The notes under the pieces: model-generated
The model's database searches: none
Seen by the model: only the letters and a program-made list of their open reading frames with translations
What the model was told of the DNA's origin: nothing
Position numbers and translations under genes: made by a program
Shown: piece by piece, positions 39,570-49,271 of the stretch
How the letters are laid out: every line of letters begins with the position of its first letter
Numbering within the stretch: the first letter of the stretch is position 1
NCBI GenBank assembly: GCA_027593235.1
Contig: JAQCIU010000002.1
Coordinates: forward strand, 64,001-128,000
Reading direction: 5' to 3'
Source: Chloroflexota bacterium
GTDB taxonomy: Bacteria > Chloroflexota > Dehalococcoidia > UBA2979
DNA length: 64,000 nt

Positions 39570-40500
39570 GGTGCTGAACCCGTTCCGCGCGGCGGCGACG
39601 GTGACGTCCTCGTCGCTGCAGGGTCACCACGTGCCGTACGGCGGGACGATGTCCTGCGACATGGACGTGGACACGCCGAGCCGCGGCACACCCGTCTTCT
39701 TCCGGCTGGCGACCAACGGCCCGGCGTTGCGGGGCCGGGTCGAAAGTGTGCGTCCCGCCTGCGCCAGCAAGCAGGCCGAGGACGGCGGGTTCGTGGTCGT
39801 GATCGCGCTGGAGCGCGATAGCGGCGAAGCGACCGGCCTGCGGATGGCTTACGCGCACCTCGATCCGCTAGCGGTCGCGGTGGGGGATCTGCTCGACGCG
39901 AGCGGGACGCTACTTGGCGCGCTCGGGCCGGATCAGCCTCAGGACTGGGGCCCCGAGCGCGGGCTGAGCGGGCACGAGCATCCGCCCGAGGATCCGCGGC
40001 GCGCCGAGTACCACTCGCGCTGCGCGCAGCACTCGCACCTCCACCTCGAGGGATTTGGTGCGGACGCGGTACTCCGCGCGCGCGGCCGGCCGGGCAACGA
40101 CGAGGCGCTGGTGTCGTTCACCGCAGCGGGCGAGCTGACGGAGACCGAGGTGGTGGTCGAAGCGGCGTCCTCGATTGCGACGCATACCGAGGCGACGGCG
40201 TCCGTCGTCGTGGAAGCGCAGCCGGGGACCTACGTGGTGCAGGCGGGCGATTCGCTACTGGAGATCGCAGCCAAGCTCGGCATCCCGCTGGCCTCGCTGG
40301 TCGCGGCGAACGCAGGGTTGGTCGAGCCCGGCGACGAGCTGGTGGTACCGGGTCAGGTGTACGTCGTGCGGCCTCGGGACACGCTCGCGGAGATCGCGTC
40401 CCGTTTCAGCGTGGGGCTGGCGGCGCTGGTCGAGGTCAACGGGATCGTGAACGCGAACCTGATCGAGGTTGGCCAGGTGCTCGCGATTCCTCGGTCGTAG
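39556..40500 (+). CDS. Divergent M23-like metallopeptidase with two C-terminal LysM domains
   Basis: H...D, YAHL and HSHLHLE; YVVQAGDSL and YVVRPRDTL..NLIEVGQVLAIP LysM repeats. Confidence 0.75.
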   Translation: MARIEVLNPFRAAATVTSSSLQGHHVPYGGTMSCDMDVDTPSRGTPVFFRLATNGPALRGRVESVRPACASKQAEDGGFVVVIALERDSGEATGLRMAYAHLDPLAVAVGDLLDASGTLLGALGPDQPQDWGPERGLSGHEHPPEDPRRAEYHSRCAQHSHLHLEGFGADAVLRARGRPGNDEALVSFTAAGELTETEVVVEAASSIATHTEATASVVVEAQPGTYVVQAGDSLLEIAAKLGIPLASLVAANAGLVEPGDELVVPGQVYVVRPRDTLAEIASRFSVGLAALVEVNGIVNANLIEVGQVLAIPRS

Positions 40501-40717
40501 CGCCGCTCTCGAGGCGCGTGAGGGTCAATCGCGCGGCGCGGAGCATTCCGGTCCGCGAAAAGGCTCCGCGCGCCTTGTCGCTGGCTGCGACGGCGCCGAG
40601 GAACCACCCGGACACGGGAACGCCGCGGAACGCCGCGGCAAGCACGCTTGCGAAGCGCTCGGCGTCCGCTGGGAGCGCTGGGCGGATCAGGGTGGCCGGT
40701 CCGGCGGATGAAGACAT
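40501..40717 (-). pseudogene. GNAT acetyltransferase N-terminal remnant
   Basis: MSSSAGPATLIRPALPADAERFASVLAAAFRGVPVSGWF resembles GNAT N-termini; the frame then runs into the convergent LysM gene. Confidence 0.5.
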
Positions 40718-40885
40718 TGGTAATCCTGGGAAGAGCCACCCGGGGGCCGGGGATCGTAGCTTAGGTGAGTCGCTCGCCCTCGGGCCGTGAGGTGCCGTCT
40801 GGCTTTGGCGCTGCGATCGTGGATCCGAGGGCTCGTCGCCGGGTGGTGGCGAGGGTAGCCGGCAGGCGGCTGACCAGTGTTGCAG

Positions 40886-41551
40886 ATGCCACCGAAACGG
40901 CTGATTGTCGTCGGCGCGATCCTGCTCGTAGTGATCGTGATTGCGCAGACGCAGTTGCGGGTCTCGCTGGACGACATCCAGTCCGCGGTCGATCGCGCTG
41001 GTGTGCTTGCGCCGATCGTCTATGCCGTGGTGCTGTTCCTCGGACTCTCGGTGCCGTTCAACCCCGTCTCGGATGTGGCGACGGTCAACGTCGCGGCGCT
41101 GGTCTTCGAGCCGGAGGTCGCGATCGTCGCGACGATCGCTGCTCAGTCCGTTTCGCTGACTGTGAATTACTTCATCGCCCGCCGGTTCGGGCACGTGCTG
41201 CTGAGGTTGGCGACCGGGCGTGGCCGGATCGATATCGTCACACGCCTTGAGCAGCGAATCAGCTACCGCACGGTCTTCCTCACGCGCTTTCTGTTGCCAC
41301 TGACCGCGATCGGTGTCGACTTCATCAGTTACCTGGCCGGGATGCGACGGCTCGGGTTCTGGTCGTTCTTCGTGGCCAGCATCGTGCCGTGGATCCTGCT
41401 CGATCTCGTCTACTTCTACTCGACGGCCTATCTGAAGGATCGGTCGCTGCTGTTGTTTTTCGTGCCCGCCGTCGCGTTGATCTTCGGGCCGGGCGCGCTG
41501 GTGCTGGCGTGGCGTCGGTGGCGCGGCCGCCGAGCGGCCGAAGGGGCCTGA
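40886..41551 (+). CDS. TVP38/TMEM64 (VTT/DedA-like) membrane protein
   Basis: YFIARRFG, FLTRFL, DFISYLAG, FFVASIVP. Confidence 0.85.
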   Translation: MPPKRLIVVGAILLVVIVIAQTQLRVSLDDIQSAVDRAGVLAPIVYAVVLFLGLSVPFNPVSDVATVNVAALVFEPEVAIVATIAAQSVSLTVNYFIARRFGHVLLRLATGRGRIDIVTRLEQRISYRTVFLTRFLLPLTAIGVDFISYLAGMRRLGFWSFFVASIVPWILLDLVYFYSTAYLKDRSLLLFFVPAVALIFGPGALVLAWRRWRGRRAAEGA

Positions 41552-41641
41552 GACCCTTCGCCAGCCCTCGTGGGGATCGCTAGTCTGCGGCGTGGGCGCG
41601 CGGCGCGGCCCGATGCGGACGAAACGAGCGAGGGGGACACG

Positions 41642-42775
41642 ATGGTCGATGGACTGGGTGCGCTGGGTGGCGGGCTGGGGATGTTGCCGTTGCTGTCGAA
41701 TGCGCGGACACGCTCGATTTCCGCCGAGAACCCCGATGGAGCGGCTGGCGGCGGCGGCCGCGCGGAACCGAACCCGGAGGGACCGGGGAGACGTCTCGGC
41801 AAGGGCTGGAAGTCGCGGCCGTACCTGACACTGCTGGCCGGCTCGACGACGACGCTGGCGGAGATCGACGGACCGGGCGTGATCCAGCACATCTGGATCA
41901 CGGTGGAGAGCGCCGCCTTCCGGAGCTGCATCCTCCGCATGTACTGGGACGACGAGGAGACGCCATCCGTCGAGGTGCCAGTGGGGGACTTCTTCGCGAA
42001 CAGCCACGGGCTGCGATATGACGTGTCGTCGATCCCGGTGGCCGTCAATCCGCAGGGCGGTTTCAACTGCTACTGGCCGATGCCGTTCCGCAAGAAGGCG
42101 CGCATCACGGTGGAAAACCAGCTCGGCTCCGAGATCCGGGCGTGGTTCTTCCAGATCGATTACGCGCTGGATGAGGTGCCGGCGGACGCGGCTTACTTCC
42201 ACGCACAGTGGCGTCAGTCGATGACGACGCGGGAGCACCCGGAGCACACGATTCTGGATGGCGTCGAGGGCCGCGGTCACTACGTGGGCACCGCGCTCGG
42301 CTGGACGCAGATGTCCGATGGTTGGTGGGGCGATGGCGAGGTCAAGTTCTTCATGGACGGGGACGACGAGTACCCGACGATCTGCGGCACCGGGACGGAG
42401 GACTACTTCGGCGGCGCGTGGGCGTTCGGCGACACGTACTCCACGCCGTTCCTCGGCTACCCGTTGTGGAGCCGAGAGCCGGGGGAGGTGCCGAAGCACG
42501 GCCTGTACCGCTGGCACGTACTGGATCCGATCCGGTTCCAGGAAGAACTGCGGGTCACAATCCAGGCGCTCGGCTGGTACCCCGATCGGTCGTACCAACC
42601 GCTGACCGACGAACTGGCCTCGGTGGCGTACTGGTACCAACTCGAGCCGCATGGGGCGTTCCCACTGCTGCCCGCGGCCGAGCAGCGGTTATCCCGCATC
42701 AGCGCGGCGTTGGGACGGCGGGCGCCAGCGATCGAGGGCCGGCCCTCGGGACCGCCGCCGTGGGCACCTCGGTAG
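41642..42775 (+). CDS. DUF2961 / glycoside hydrolase family 172 protein
   Basis: SISAENP.G, GPGVIQHIW, PSVEVPVGDFF, NCYWPMPF, GTGTEDYF, YRWH..DPIRF. Confidence 0.9.
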   Translation: MVDGLGALGGGLGMLPLLSNARTRSISAENPDGAAGGGGRAEPNPEGPGRRLGKGWKSRPYLTLLAGSTTTLAEIDGPGVIQHIWITVESAAFRSCILRMYWDDEETPSVEVPVGDFFANSHGLRYDVSSIPVAVNPQGGFNCYWPMPFRKKARITVENQLGSEIRAWFFQIDYALDEVPADAAYFHAQWRQSMTTREHPEHTILDGVEGRGHYVGTALGWTQMSDGWWGDGEVKFFMDGDDEYPTICGTGTEDYFGGAWAFGDTYSTPFLGYPLWSREPGEVPKHGLYRWHVLDPIRFQEELRVTIQALGWYPDRSYQPLTDELASVAYWYQLEPHGAFPLLPAAEQRLSRISAALGRRAPAIEGRPSGPPPWAPR

Positions 42776-42780
42776 CGGCG

Positions 42781-43842
42781 CTAGGAGTCGGTGCCGTCCT
42801 GCGTGGCGTCGGCCGCAAGCAGGTTGGCGGCGGGGTAGCGCTGCTGGAAGAAGTCCCAGGTGGCCTTCGAGAGCTGCTGCCCCAGCAGGACGTCGCCGTA
42901 CTTGGTCGGGACGTGCTGGGAGAAGAAGGAGACCGCGTAGGCACGTTGCTCGCCGTCCTGCTCAAAGCGGACGATACCGATGTCGTTGTCGACCCACTTC
43001 CCGGAGTCGGTCGGGAGGAATCCGTTCTTGTGGCTGACGGGGACCTCGGGACCGACGGCGAGCAGGTAGTTGAGGCCGTCCTTCACCCCCGTCATCTTCT
43101 CGAGGAGGTAGTCGCGCCACTCGTCGTCGAGGATGCCGTCGGCATAGCTGGCGCGCAGTGCCTCGTTCATCGCCGCGGCGGTGATGTAGTTGTTGCGGTC
43201 GACGCCCAGCGAGTCGTGCGCGTAAAGCGGCGGGTCGTCGAAGACCGCGCCGTCGCCGGCCAACCCCTCGATCAGTGCGGCGACGCGCTCGAGGCCGGCG
43301 ATCACGTCGCCGTCGCCCGCGAGGCGGTACAGCTCACGGGCGGTCACCGGGTTGCTGGTGCGAATCGTCGCCGCGATCAGATCCCCGACCGCTGATTCCT
43401 CGATCCGTCCGTCCTGCACGTCGATCGTCGATTGCAGCAGCACGAAGTAGTTGACGGTGCAGCCAGTGAGCTGCGGCCGATCGAGGTTCACACCGACGCT
43501 TTCGCCGGTCTGCATGTCGGTGACAGCGAAGGCGAACTCGCCTGGACTCGCGTAGGCGTCGGCGAGCGTGTTGAGCGATTCTTCGAGCACCGACAGATCG
43601 AACCCGGGATCGAAGATCGGGAGCTCGGGGACGGGCATTGCCGTAGGGGAGGCGGCAGGCGCGGTGGGAGTAGGCGTTGCGACCGCCGGAGGCGCGGTCG
43701 CCGACGCACCGGCAGTCGAGGAAGCGCCGGCGGCGCTTGTGCCGTTGACCGGCGTCGGGCTGGCGTCGGGACTGCTGCACGCGATCAGGAATGCGCCGGC
43801 GACGAGCAGCGGCAGCAGCACAGAGAGAGTTCTGTGTGTCAT
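42781..43842 (-). CDS. Class A beta-lactamase-fold lipoprotein with non-canonical active site
   Basis: LIAC lipobox, Pro/Thr linker, AVTDMQTG, GCTVN, TSN, HKNG, NDIGIV. Confidence 0.75.
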   Translation of the reverse strand: MTHRTLSVLLPLLVAGAFLIACSSPDASPTPVNGTSAAGASSTAGASATAPPAVATPTPTAPAASPTAMPVPELPIFDPGFDLSVLEESLNTLADAYASPGEFAFAVTDMQTGESVGVNLDRPQLTGCTVNYFVLLQSTIDVQDGRIEESAVGDLIAATIRTSNPVTARELYRLAGDGDVIAGLERVAALIEGLAGDGAVFDDPPLYAHDSLGVDRNNYITAAAMNEALRASYADGILDDEWRDYLLEKMTGVKDGLNYLLAVGPEVPVSHKNGFLPTDSGKWVDNDIGIVRFEQDGEQRAYAVSFFSQHVPTKYGDVLLGQQLSKATWDFFQQRYPAANLLAADATQDGTDS

Positions 43843-43906
43843 GCGTTGAGCGTCGGCGCGAACAGCGGTGTAGTCCAGCAGGTGGTTCCCTCGAGCTTGC
43901 AGTCAT

Positions 43907-43933
43907 AACGACCGAGCACGAGGGGGAGGTTCC
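43907..43933 (-). promoter_or_regulatory. Possible ECF-sigma promoter
   Basis: GGAACC-N17-CGTT on the minus strand upstream of the lipoprotein gene; spacing about 1 nt longer than usual. Confidence 0.3.
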
Positions 43934-43998
43934 CGAGGGGCCACGCCGGCGGCTGGCGCCCTCGGAAGTGGGTTGGCCCGGTCGGCGACGGGCGGGCG

Positions 43999-44811
43999 CT
44001 AGTGCTCCACGACCGTGCCGCCGTTGATGTTGATCGACTGGCCGTGGATCCAGGAAGCCGCTTCGGTGCAGAGGTAGGCGATGAAGTCGCCGACCTCCTC
44101 GTCAGTGCCGTTGCGGCCGATCGGCGTGCGTTCCGCCATCTGCTGCCACTGCTCGCCACGCCCGAGGTCGTCCATGCGGTGGGTGTCGACGGCGCCGGGG
44201 CAGACGCAGTTCACGTTGATCCCCATCGGACCCAGTTCCTTCGAGAGACCCTGGGTCATGCCGACGATGGCGAAATTGGCGGCGTTGTAGGCGAGAGTGT
44301 TGGGACTTCCTCGCTTGCCGGCGCTGGAGGAGATCATCACGATCTTGCCGCCGTGACCCTCGGCGACGACCTGCTCGACGAACGCCTTCGTCATCAGGTA
44401 GCTGCCCGTCACCTTGATATCGAGGACGCGCTGGAAGACCTCGGGATCGAGCTGCAAGAGCGGAGCGCGATCGGCGCCACGGGCGGCGGCGGCGTTGTTC
44501 ACGAGGATGTCGACCCGCCCGAACTCCTCGACGGCGCGCAGCACCGTGTTCTGCGCGTCCTCGACGTTGCGCGCATCGGCGATCAACGGGAGCGCGCGCA
44601 CGCCAAAGGAGCGGACCTCGTCGGCGGTGCTCTCGATATCGCGCCAGTTCGCGGCTTTCTCGTCGGCCGGGAAGGTGGAGGGATCGCGGCCCGTGCCGGT
44701 AATCACGACATCCGCCCCGAGGCGGGCGAAGGCGACGGCGGCGGCGCGGCCGATGCCGCGGAGGCGACCGGCCCCGGTGACGATGGCGACTTTGCCCTCG
44801 AGTTCTGGCAT
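43999..44811 (-). CDS. SDR family oxidoreductase
   Basis: TGAGRLRGIG, VNNAA, ISS, YNAAN (YxxxN variant), NCVCPG. Confidence 0.92.
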   Translation of the reverse strand: MPELEGKVAIVTGAGRLRGIGRAAAVAFARLGADVVITGTGRDPSTFPADEKAANWRDIESTADEVRSFGVRALPLIADARNVEDAQNTVLRAVEEFGRVDILVNNAAAARGADRAPLLQLDPEVFQRVLDIKVTGSYLMTKAFVEQVVAEGHGGKIVMISSSAGKRGSPNTLAYNAANFAIVGMTQGLSKELGPMGINVNCVCPGAVDTHRMDDLGRGEQWQQMAERTPIGRNGTDEEVGDFIAYLCTEAASWIHGQSININGGTVVEH

Positions 44812-44964
44812 TCCTCGGAACCTCCGGATGCGGGGCGTCGGGCGCCCTCGGGTGATGCTGCGCGCACGGTACTCGGATCGGCGCGATGGTGTCGCGGCCG
44901 GCGGGAGGATGCGGCCTTCGAGGCGGGTGATTTGGAGTAGGCTTCGCCGCAACCGGAGGCACCA

Positions 44965-46188
44965 ATGACATATCGACCCGCGCGTATGAAGTTCGGCATC
45001 TTCATGGCGCCGTTCCACCGCGCGTTTGAGAACCCGACGCTGGCACTGCAGCGAGACATCGATCTGCTTGCACACATCGATCACCTCGGGTACGATGAGG
45101 CGTGGATCGGGGAGCACCACAGCGCGGCGCGAGAGACGATCGCGGACCCGGCGCTGTTCATCGCGGCGGCGGCCGAGCGGACGAAGCGCATCCGCCTCGG
45201 AACCGGCGTGACGAGCCTGCCGTACCACCACCCACTGATGGTCGCGGACAAGATGGTGCTGCTCGATCACCTCACGCACGGGCGGGCGATGCTCGGAGTC
45301 GGACCGGGCGTGCTCGCCTCGGACGCGCACATGCTGGGGCTCGATCCGACGAACCAGCGGCGAATGATGAACGAGTCGTTCGACGCGATCGTGCGGCTCC
45401 TGCGCGGTGAAACCGTGACGATGGAAACGGATTGGTTCACGCTTCGCGATGCGCGGCTTCAGCTCGCGAGCTACACGAAGCCGCACCTGGAGCTGGCGGT
45501 CGCGACCACTTCGACACCGTCGGGGCCGGGCGCTGCAGGCCGGCATGGCACGAGCCTGCTCTCGGTGGCGGGCGCGAGCCACGATTCGTTCTCGCAGACG
45601 TGGAGCTGGGTCGAGGAAGCCGCCGCTGAGCACGGGCAGACGGTGAGCCGCGACAACTGGCGGGTGGTGACCACGATCCACGTCGCTGAGACGCGTGAGC
45701 AAGCGGTCGAGGACCTGCGGGTCGGTTACGCGACGCGGGCGTACCAGGGGGACCGGAAAGACCCAGAACGCGGTCTGCAGATCGGTGGACTCGCGCCCAC
45801 GATCGAGGAAGAGATCGAGCAGAACGAGCACCTGATCGGGACGCCCGCGGACGTGATCCGCGGCATCGAGGTGATCCAGGAACGGTCCGGCGGGATCGGC
45901 GGGATCCTCACGGTGATGCACGAGTGGGCGGACACCGCCGCGACGATGAAGAGCTACGAACTCCTCGCGCGCTACGTGATGCCGCACTTCCAGGGACAGA
46001 TCGAGGCGCTGACCGGCGCGCGCGACTGGTTCGAGGACAACCTGGGCGAGATCTTCGCGAAGGGCGGCGCCGGCCAGGTGCAGGCGTTCAAGGACGCAGG
46101 CAAGGAGATGCCGGCCGATCTCGCCGCGGCGCTCGAGCACGCGCAGGCATCACGCGGACGCACGGGCATCGACCCCCGCGGGATCTAG
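44965..46188 (+). CDS. LLM class flavin-dependent oxidoreductase
   Basis: FGIFMAPFH, EAWIGEHHS, RIRLGTGV..LPYHHP, LDHLTHGR. Confidence 0.93.
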   Translation: MTYRPARMKFGIFMAPFHRAFENPTLALQRDIDLLAHIDHLGYDEAWIGEHHSAARETIADPALFIAAAAERTKRIRLGTGVTSLPYHHPLMVADKMVLLDHLTHGRAMLGVGPGVLASDAHMLGLDPTNQRRMMNESFDAIVRLLRGETVTMETDWFTLRDARLQLASYTKPHLELAVATTSTPSGPGAAGRHGTSLLSVAGASHDSFSQTWSWVEEAAAEHGQTVSRDNWRVVTTIHVAETREQAVEDLRVGYATRAYQGDRKDPERGLQIGGLAPTIEEEIEQNEHLIGTPADVIRGIEVIQERSGGIGGILTVMHEWADTAATMKSYELLARYVMPHFQGQIEALTGARDWFEDNLGEIFAKGGAGQVQAFKDAGKEMPADLAAALEHAQASRGRTGIDPRGI

Positions 46189-46232
46189 ACGGGCGCGAAC
46201 ACAAGACACGAGACGAGTGAGCGAGGGAACCA

Positions 46233-46631
46233 ATGTTCAGCGGCATCGACCACGTGGTGATTTCGGTGAAGGACATGACCGAGAGCCTGGCGAAGTACCA
46301 GGCGATCTTCGGTCGCGAGGTGAGCCGGACCGGCGAGCCACCCGGAGCGGGGTTCCTGACCGCGCACTTTGACTTCGAGCCGACGACGGTAGAGCTGGTG
46401 CAGCCGACCGACGAAACCGGCCCGGTGGCGCGTCACCTGGAGCGGACCGGCGGCGGCGTGTACCTGATGGCGATGGCCGTCGCGGACATCGACGCAACGC
46501 TGGTGGATCTGCGCGCCAAGGGCGTGCGGTTGATTGGCGATCCCGGCGAGGGGAATCCGGTCAAAGGGCAGGTGTTTGTCCACCCCTCGGAGACCGGTGG
46601 AGTGTTGATGCAGCTAGTACCTACGGGCTAA
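46233..46631 (+). CDS. VOC family protein (methylmalonyl-CoA epimerase-like)
   Basis: IDHVVISV, ELVQP, FVHP..GGVL; some metal ligands altered. Confidence 0.85.
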   Translation: MFSGIDHVVISVKDMTESLAKYQAIFGREVSRTGEPPGAGFLTAHFDFEPTTVELVQPTDETGPVARHLERTGGGVYLMAMAVADIDATLVDLRAKGVRLIGDPGEGNPVKGQVFVHPSETGGVLMQLVPTG

Positions 46632-46650
46632 GGCGCTCGCGCCCCGAGGC

Positions 46651-46992
46651 TTAGTCCGACAGCGGGACGAAGGCGCAGAGGCCACCCTTGCGGATGGTGG
46701 AGGTGTGGCCGTGGCCGGTGGTGTCCTCGGCCTGGAGCACGTCGCCGGCCTCCATCAGCACCGAGGTCCCGTCGCCGAGGCCGATTTCGACGCTGGCCGT
46801 CAGGTAGAGGACGTACTGGCGCCTCGGCGCCGGGTGGAAGTCAATGAAGCCGCCATCCGGGCGCTGGATGAAGCTCACGCTGACCGCGTCCTGAGGGATC
46901 GTGCGGGTGCCGTCGCGCTCCGGGAATTCCGGGTGGATGACCTCGGTGTGGGATTCGTTGTCGGGTCCGGTGTAGACGCGGACGAATTTCAT
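46651..46992 (-). CDS. Cupin-like small protein
   Basis: YTGPDNESH, FHPAPRRQ, EDTTGHGH. Confidence 0.8.
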   Translation of the reverse strand: MKFVRVYTGPDNESHTEVIHPEFPERDGTRTIPQDAVSVSFIQRPDGGFIDFHPAPRRQYVLYLTASVEIGLGDGTSVLMEAGDVLQAEDTTGHGHTSTIRKGGLCAFVPLSD

Positions 46993-47114
46993 CGAGGGCT
47001 CCTCGTGGGCGGACCGTTCGCTCGGAGTGTGGAGCCTAAGCGAATCGTGTCGCGCGCGGGAGCCTGACTGGATACCGTGCGATCCGCGCGCAACGGGCCA
47101 ATCGGGGAGCTGAC

Positions 47115-48296
47115 GTGGACACGATCTCGAAGCTGACGCATGTGGAGTGCTCGATCTGCGGGGAGTGGCACGATCCCGAGGTGGTGCAGACGATCTGCAA
47201 CGCGTGCGGGCGGGCGCTGGTGGCGCGCTATGACCTCGAGGCGGCGAAGGCGACGTTTACGCGGGAAGCGCTGGGGCGGCGTGTCGCCTCGATGTGGCGC
47301 TACGAGGAGCTGATGCCGGTCCGACAGGCCGAGCACGTGATCACGCTGGGCGAGGGGATGACGGCGCTGCTTCCCACGCCGCGCCTCGGTGGAACCGTGG
47401 GTGCCTCGGACCTGTGGGTGAAGGACGAGGGGTCGAACCCGACGGGGACGTTCAAAGCGCGCGGGATCTCTGCGGCGCTGTCGAAGGCGGTCGAGCTCGG
47501 GGTCACCGAGGTTGGCATGCCGACCGCGGGGAACGCCGGAGCGGCGACCGCGGCGTACGCGGCCCGCGCCGGGATCAAGGCGCACGTCGCGATGCCCTCG
47601 GACACGCCCGTCGCGATGATGGACGAGGTGCGGACCTACGGCGGGACGCTGAAGCTGGTCGACGGGCTGATCTCGGACGCCGGAGCGTGGATCGCGGCTC
47701 AGGCGGCGGAGCTGGGTTGGTTCGCGATGGCGACGTTGAAGGAGCCGTACCGCGTCGAGGGCAAGAAGACGATGGGCTTCGAGCTGTGGGAGCAGTTCGA
47801 CGGCCAGTTGCCAGACGCGATTCTTTACCCGACCGGTGGCGGCACCGGCCTGATCGGCATGTGGAAGGCGTTCGCGGAGCTGGAGGCGATGGGGCTAATC
47901 GGCGCGGAGCGGCCTCGGATGATCGTCGTGCAGTCCGAGGGGTGTGCGCCGATCGTGCGGGCGTACGAAGCGGGCGCAGCGCGGGCGGAGCCGTGGGAGA
48001 ACGCGACGACGATCGCACCCGGCATTCGGGTGCCCTCGGCGTTTGCGGACGACCTGATCTTGCAGTCGGTCCGCGAATCCGGCGGCGACGCGATCACGGT
48101 GAGCGATGACGAGATCCGGACGGCGATCCTGGAGATCACCCGTGCCGAGGGGATCGACGTGTGTCCGGAGGGCGCGGCGACATTCGCGGGGATGCGCAAG
48201 CTGATCGCCGGCGGGCGGCTGGATGCGGACTCGCGGATCGTGCTGTTCAACACCGGAACGGGCCTGAAGCACCCCGAGCTGCGCGTTACCTCGTAG
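47115..48296 (+). CDS. thrC: Threonine synthase-like PLP enzyme
   Basis: CxxC..CxxC N-terminus, LGEGMT, NPTGTFKARG, TAGNAG, EGKKT, PTGGGTG, NTGTGLK. Confidence 0.85.
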   Translation: MDTISKLTHVECSICGEWHDPEVVQTICNACGRALVARYDLEAAKATFTREALGRRVASMWRYEELMPVRQAEHVITLGEGMTALLPTPRLGGTVGASDLWVKDEGSNPTGTFKARGISAALSKAVELGVTEVGMPTAGNAGAATAAYAARAGIKAHVAMPSDTPVAMMDEVRTYGGTLKLVDGLISDAGAWIAAQAAELGWFAMATLKEPYRVEGKKTMGFELWEQFDGQLPDAILYPTGGGTGLIGMWKAFAELEAMGLIGAERPRMIVVQSEGCAPIVRAYEAGAARAEPWENATTIAPGIRVPSAFADDLILQSVRESGGDAITVSDDEIRTAILEITRAEGIDVCPEGAATFAGMRKLIAGGRLDADSRIVLFNTGTGLKHPELRVTS

Positions 48297-48354
48297 CCAC
48301 CGGGGGTTCGGCGAGGAGCGGCTCCGGCCGCCAACGCGCCGCGTCGCAACTGGG

Positions 48355-48798
48355 CTAAACGGTCACGACGCGGCGGTGAATCTCCGCGGTGAGCTGATGG
48401 ATTGTTTCGGTCAGCGCTGCCACCTGGCGGGTGAGTTCGGTGTTCTGCTCCAGCAGTTGCAGGGTCGATGCGGCGATCGCTTCGCGGTGAGCGGCATCTG
48501 ATTGTGACCGCGCGTGATCGCGATCAGCCTCGCGGGTTTCGGCCAGCAGGATCAGCGGCGCGGCGTAAGCGGCCTGAAAACTGAACGCGAGGTTCAACAG
48601 GATGAACGGGTACGGATCGAAGCTCGATCCGGCCGCGGCATTCCAGATGATCCAGCCCACGACCAGAAACGTCTGGCCGATCAGGAAATACGGCGTGCCG
48701 AAGGCGCGCGCGAACCACTCCGCGGAGACGCCGAAACGGTCAGCACCGAACGGGCTGGTGAGGCGCGGATGTGGCGGATGGAAACGAACGTGACTCAT
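48355..48798 (-). CDS. DUF1003 membrane protein
   Basis: FDPYPFILLNL.FS.QAAYAAPLILLA. Confidence 0.9.
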   Translation of the reverse strand: MSHVRFHPPHPRLTSPFGADRFGVSAEWFARAFGTPYFLIGQTFLVVGWIIWNAAAGSSFDPYPFILLNLAFSFQAAYAAPLILLAETREADRDHARSQSDAAHREAIAASTLQLLEQNTELTRQVAALTETIHQLTAEIHRRVVTV

Positions 48799-49271
48799 CG
48801 CTGACTCCTCGAATGCGGCTAGCCGGACGGTCGCTGCGTGACCGCAGGGTCGCGGCGGGTGCGGCGGCTCGATCGTGACACGCAAGGCGCTGTGGCATAG
48901 GGGCTGGCTCCGGGGGCAGCCACGCGAGGTGACGGGCGCTGGCGGCGGGCGTGCGCCATCCGTCAGAAACCTTGCGATTCGGCATGGTTGTGGCGACGGC
49001 GTCGCGGAGACGTTCCGGGGAGCCGATGGTCAGAGCGTGAGCTTTCACGTCGCGGCATGGACGGCGCGCGACGCTATGACGGGCGCAGGATGCGAAGAGG
49101 AATGTGCGCGCTTCGCAGCAGTGCGGGGCCATTGTGGTTCGCGCGATTCGCTTCCCGGGCGAACGTAGGCGAACACGCCCCGGGGCAGCCGTTCATACCC
49201 GACAGCCTTGCCCTGACAGTCCCCCTCGGGCGAGCGCCGCGCGCCCCACTGCCTCGCGAGCGGGCCGGCTG

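Noticed and set aside
40720-40870. Cobalamin riboswitch-like words (GGGAAG, GCCAC)
   Set aside because: No complete B12-box arrangement and no B12-related downstream gene
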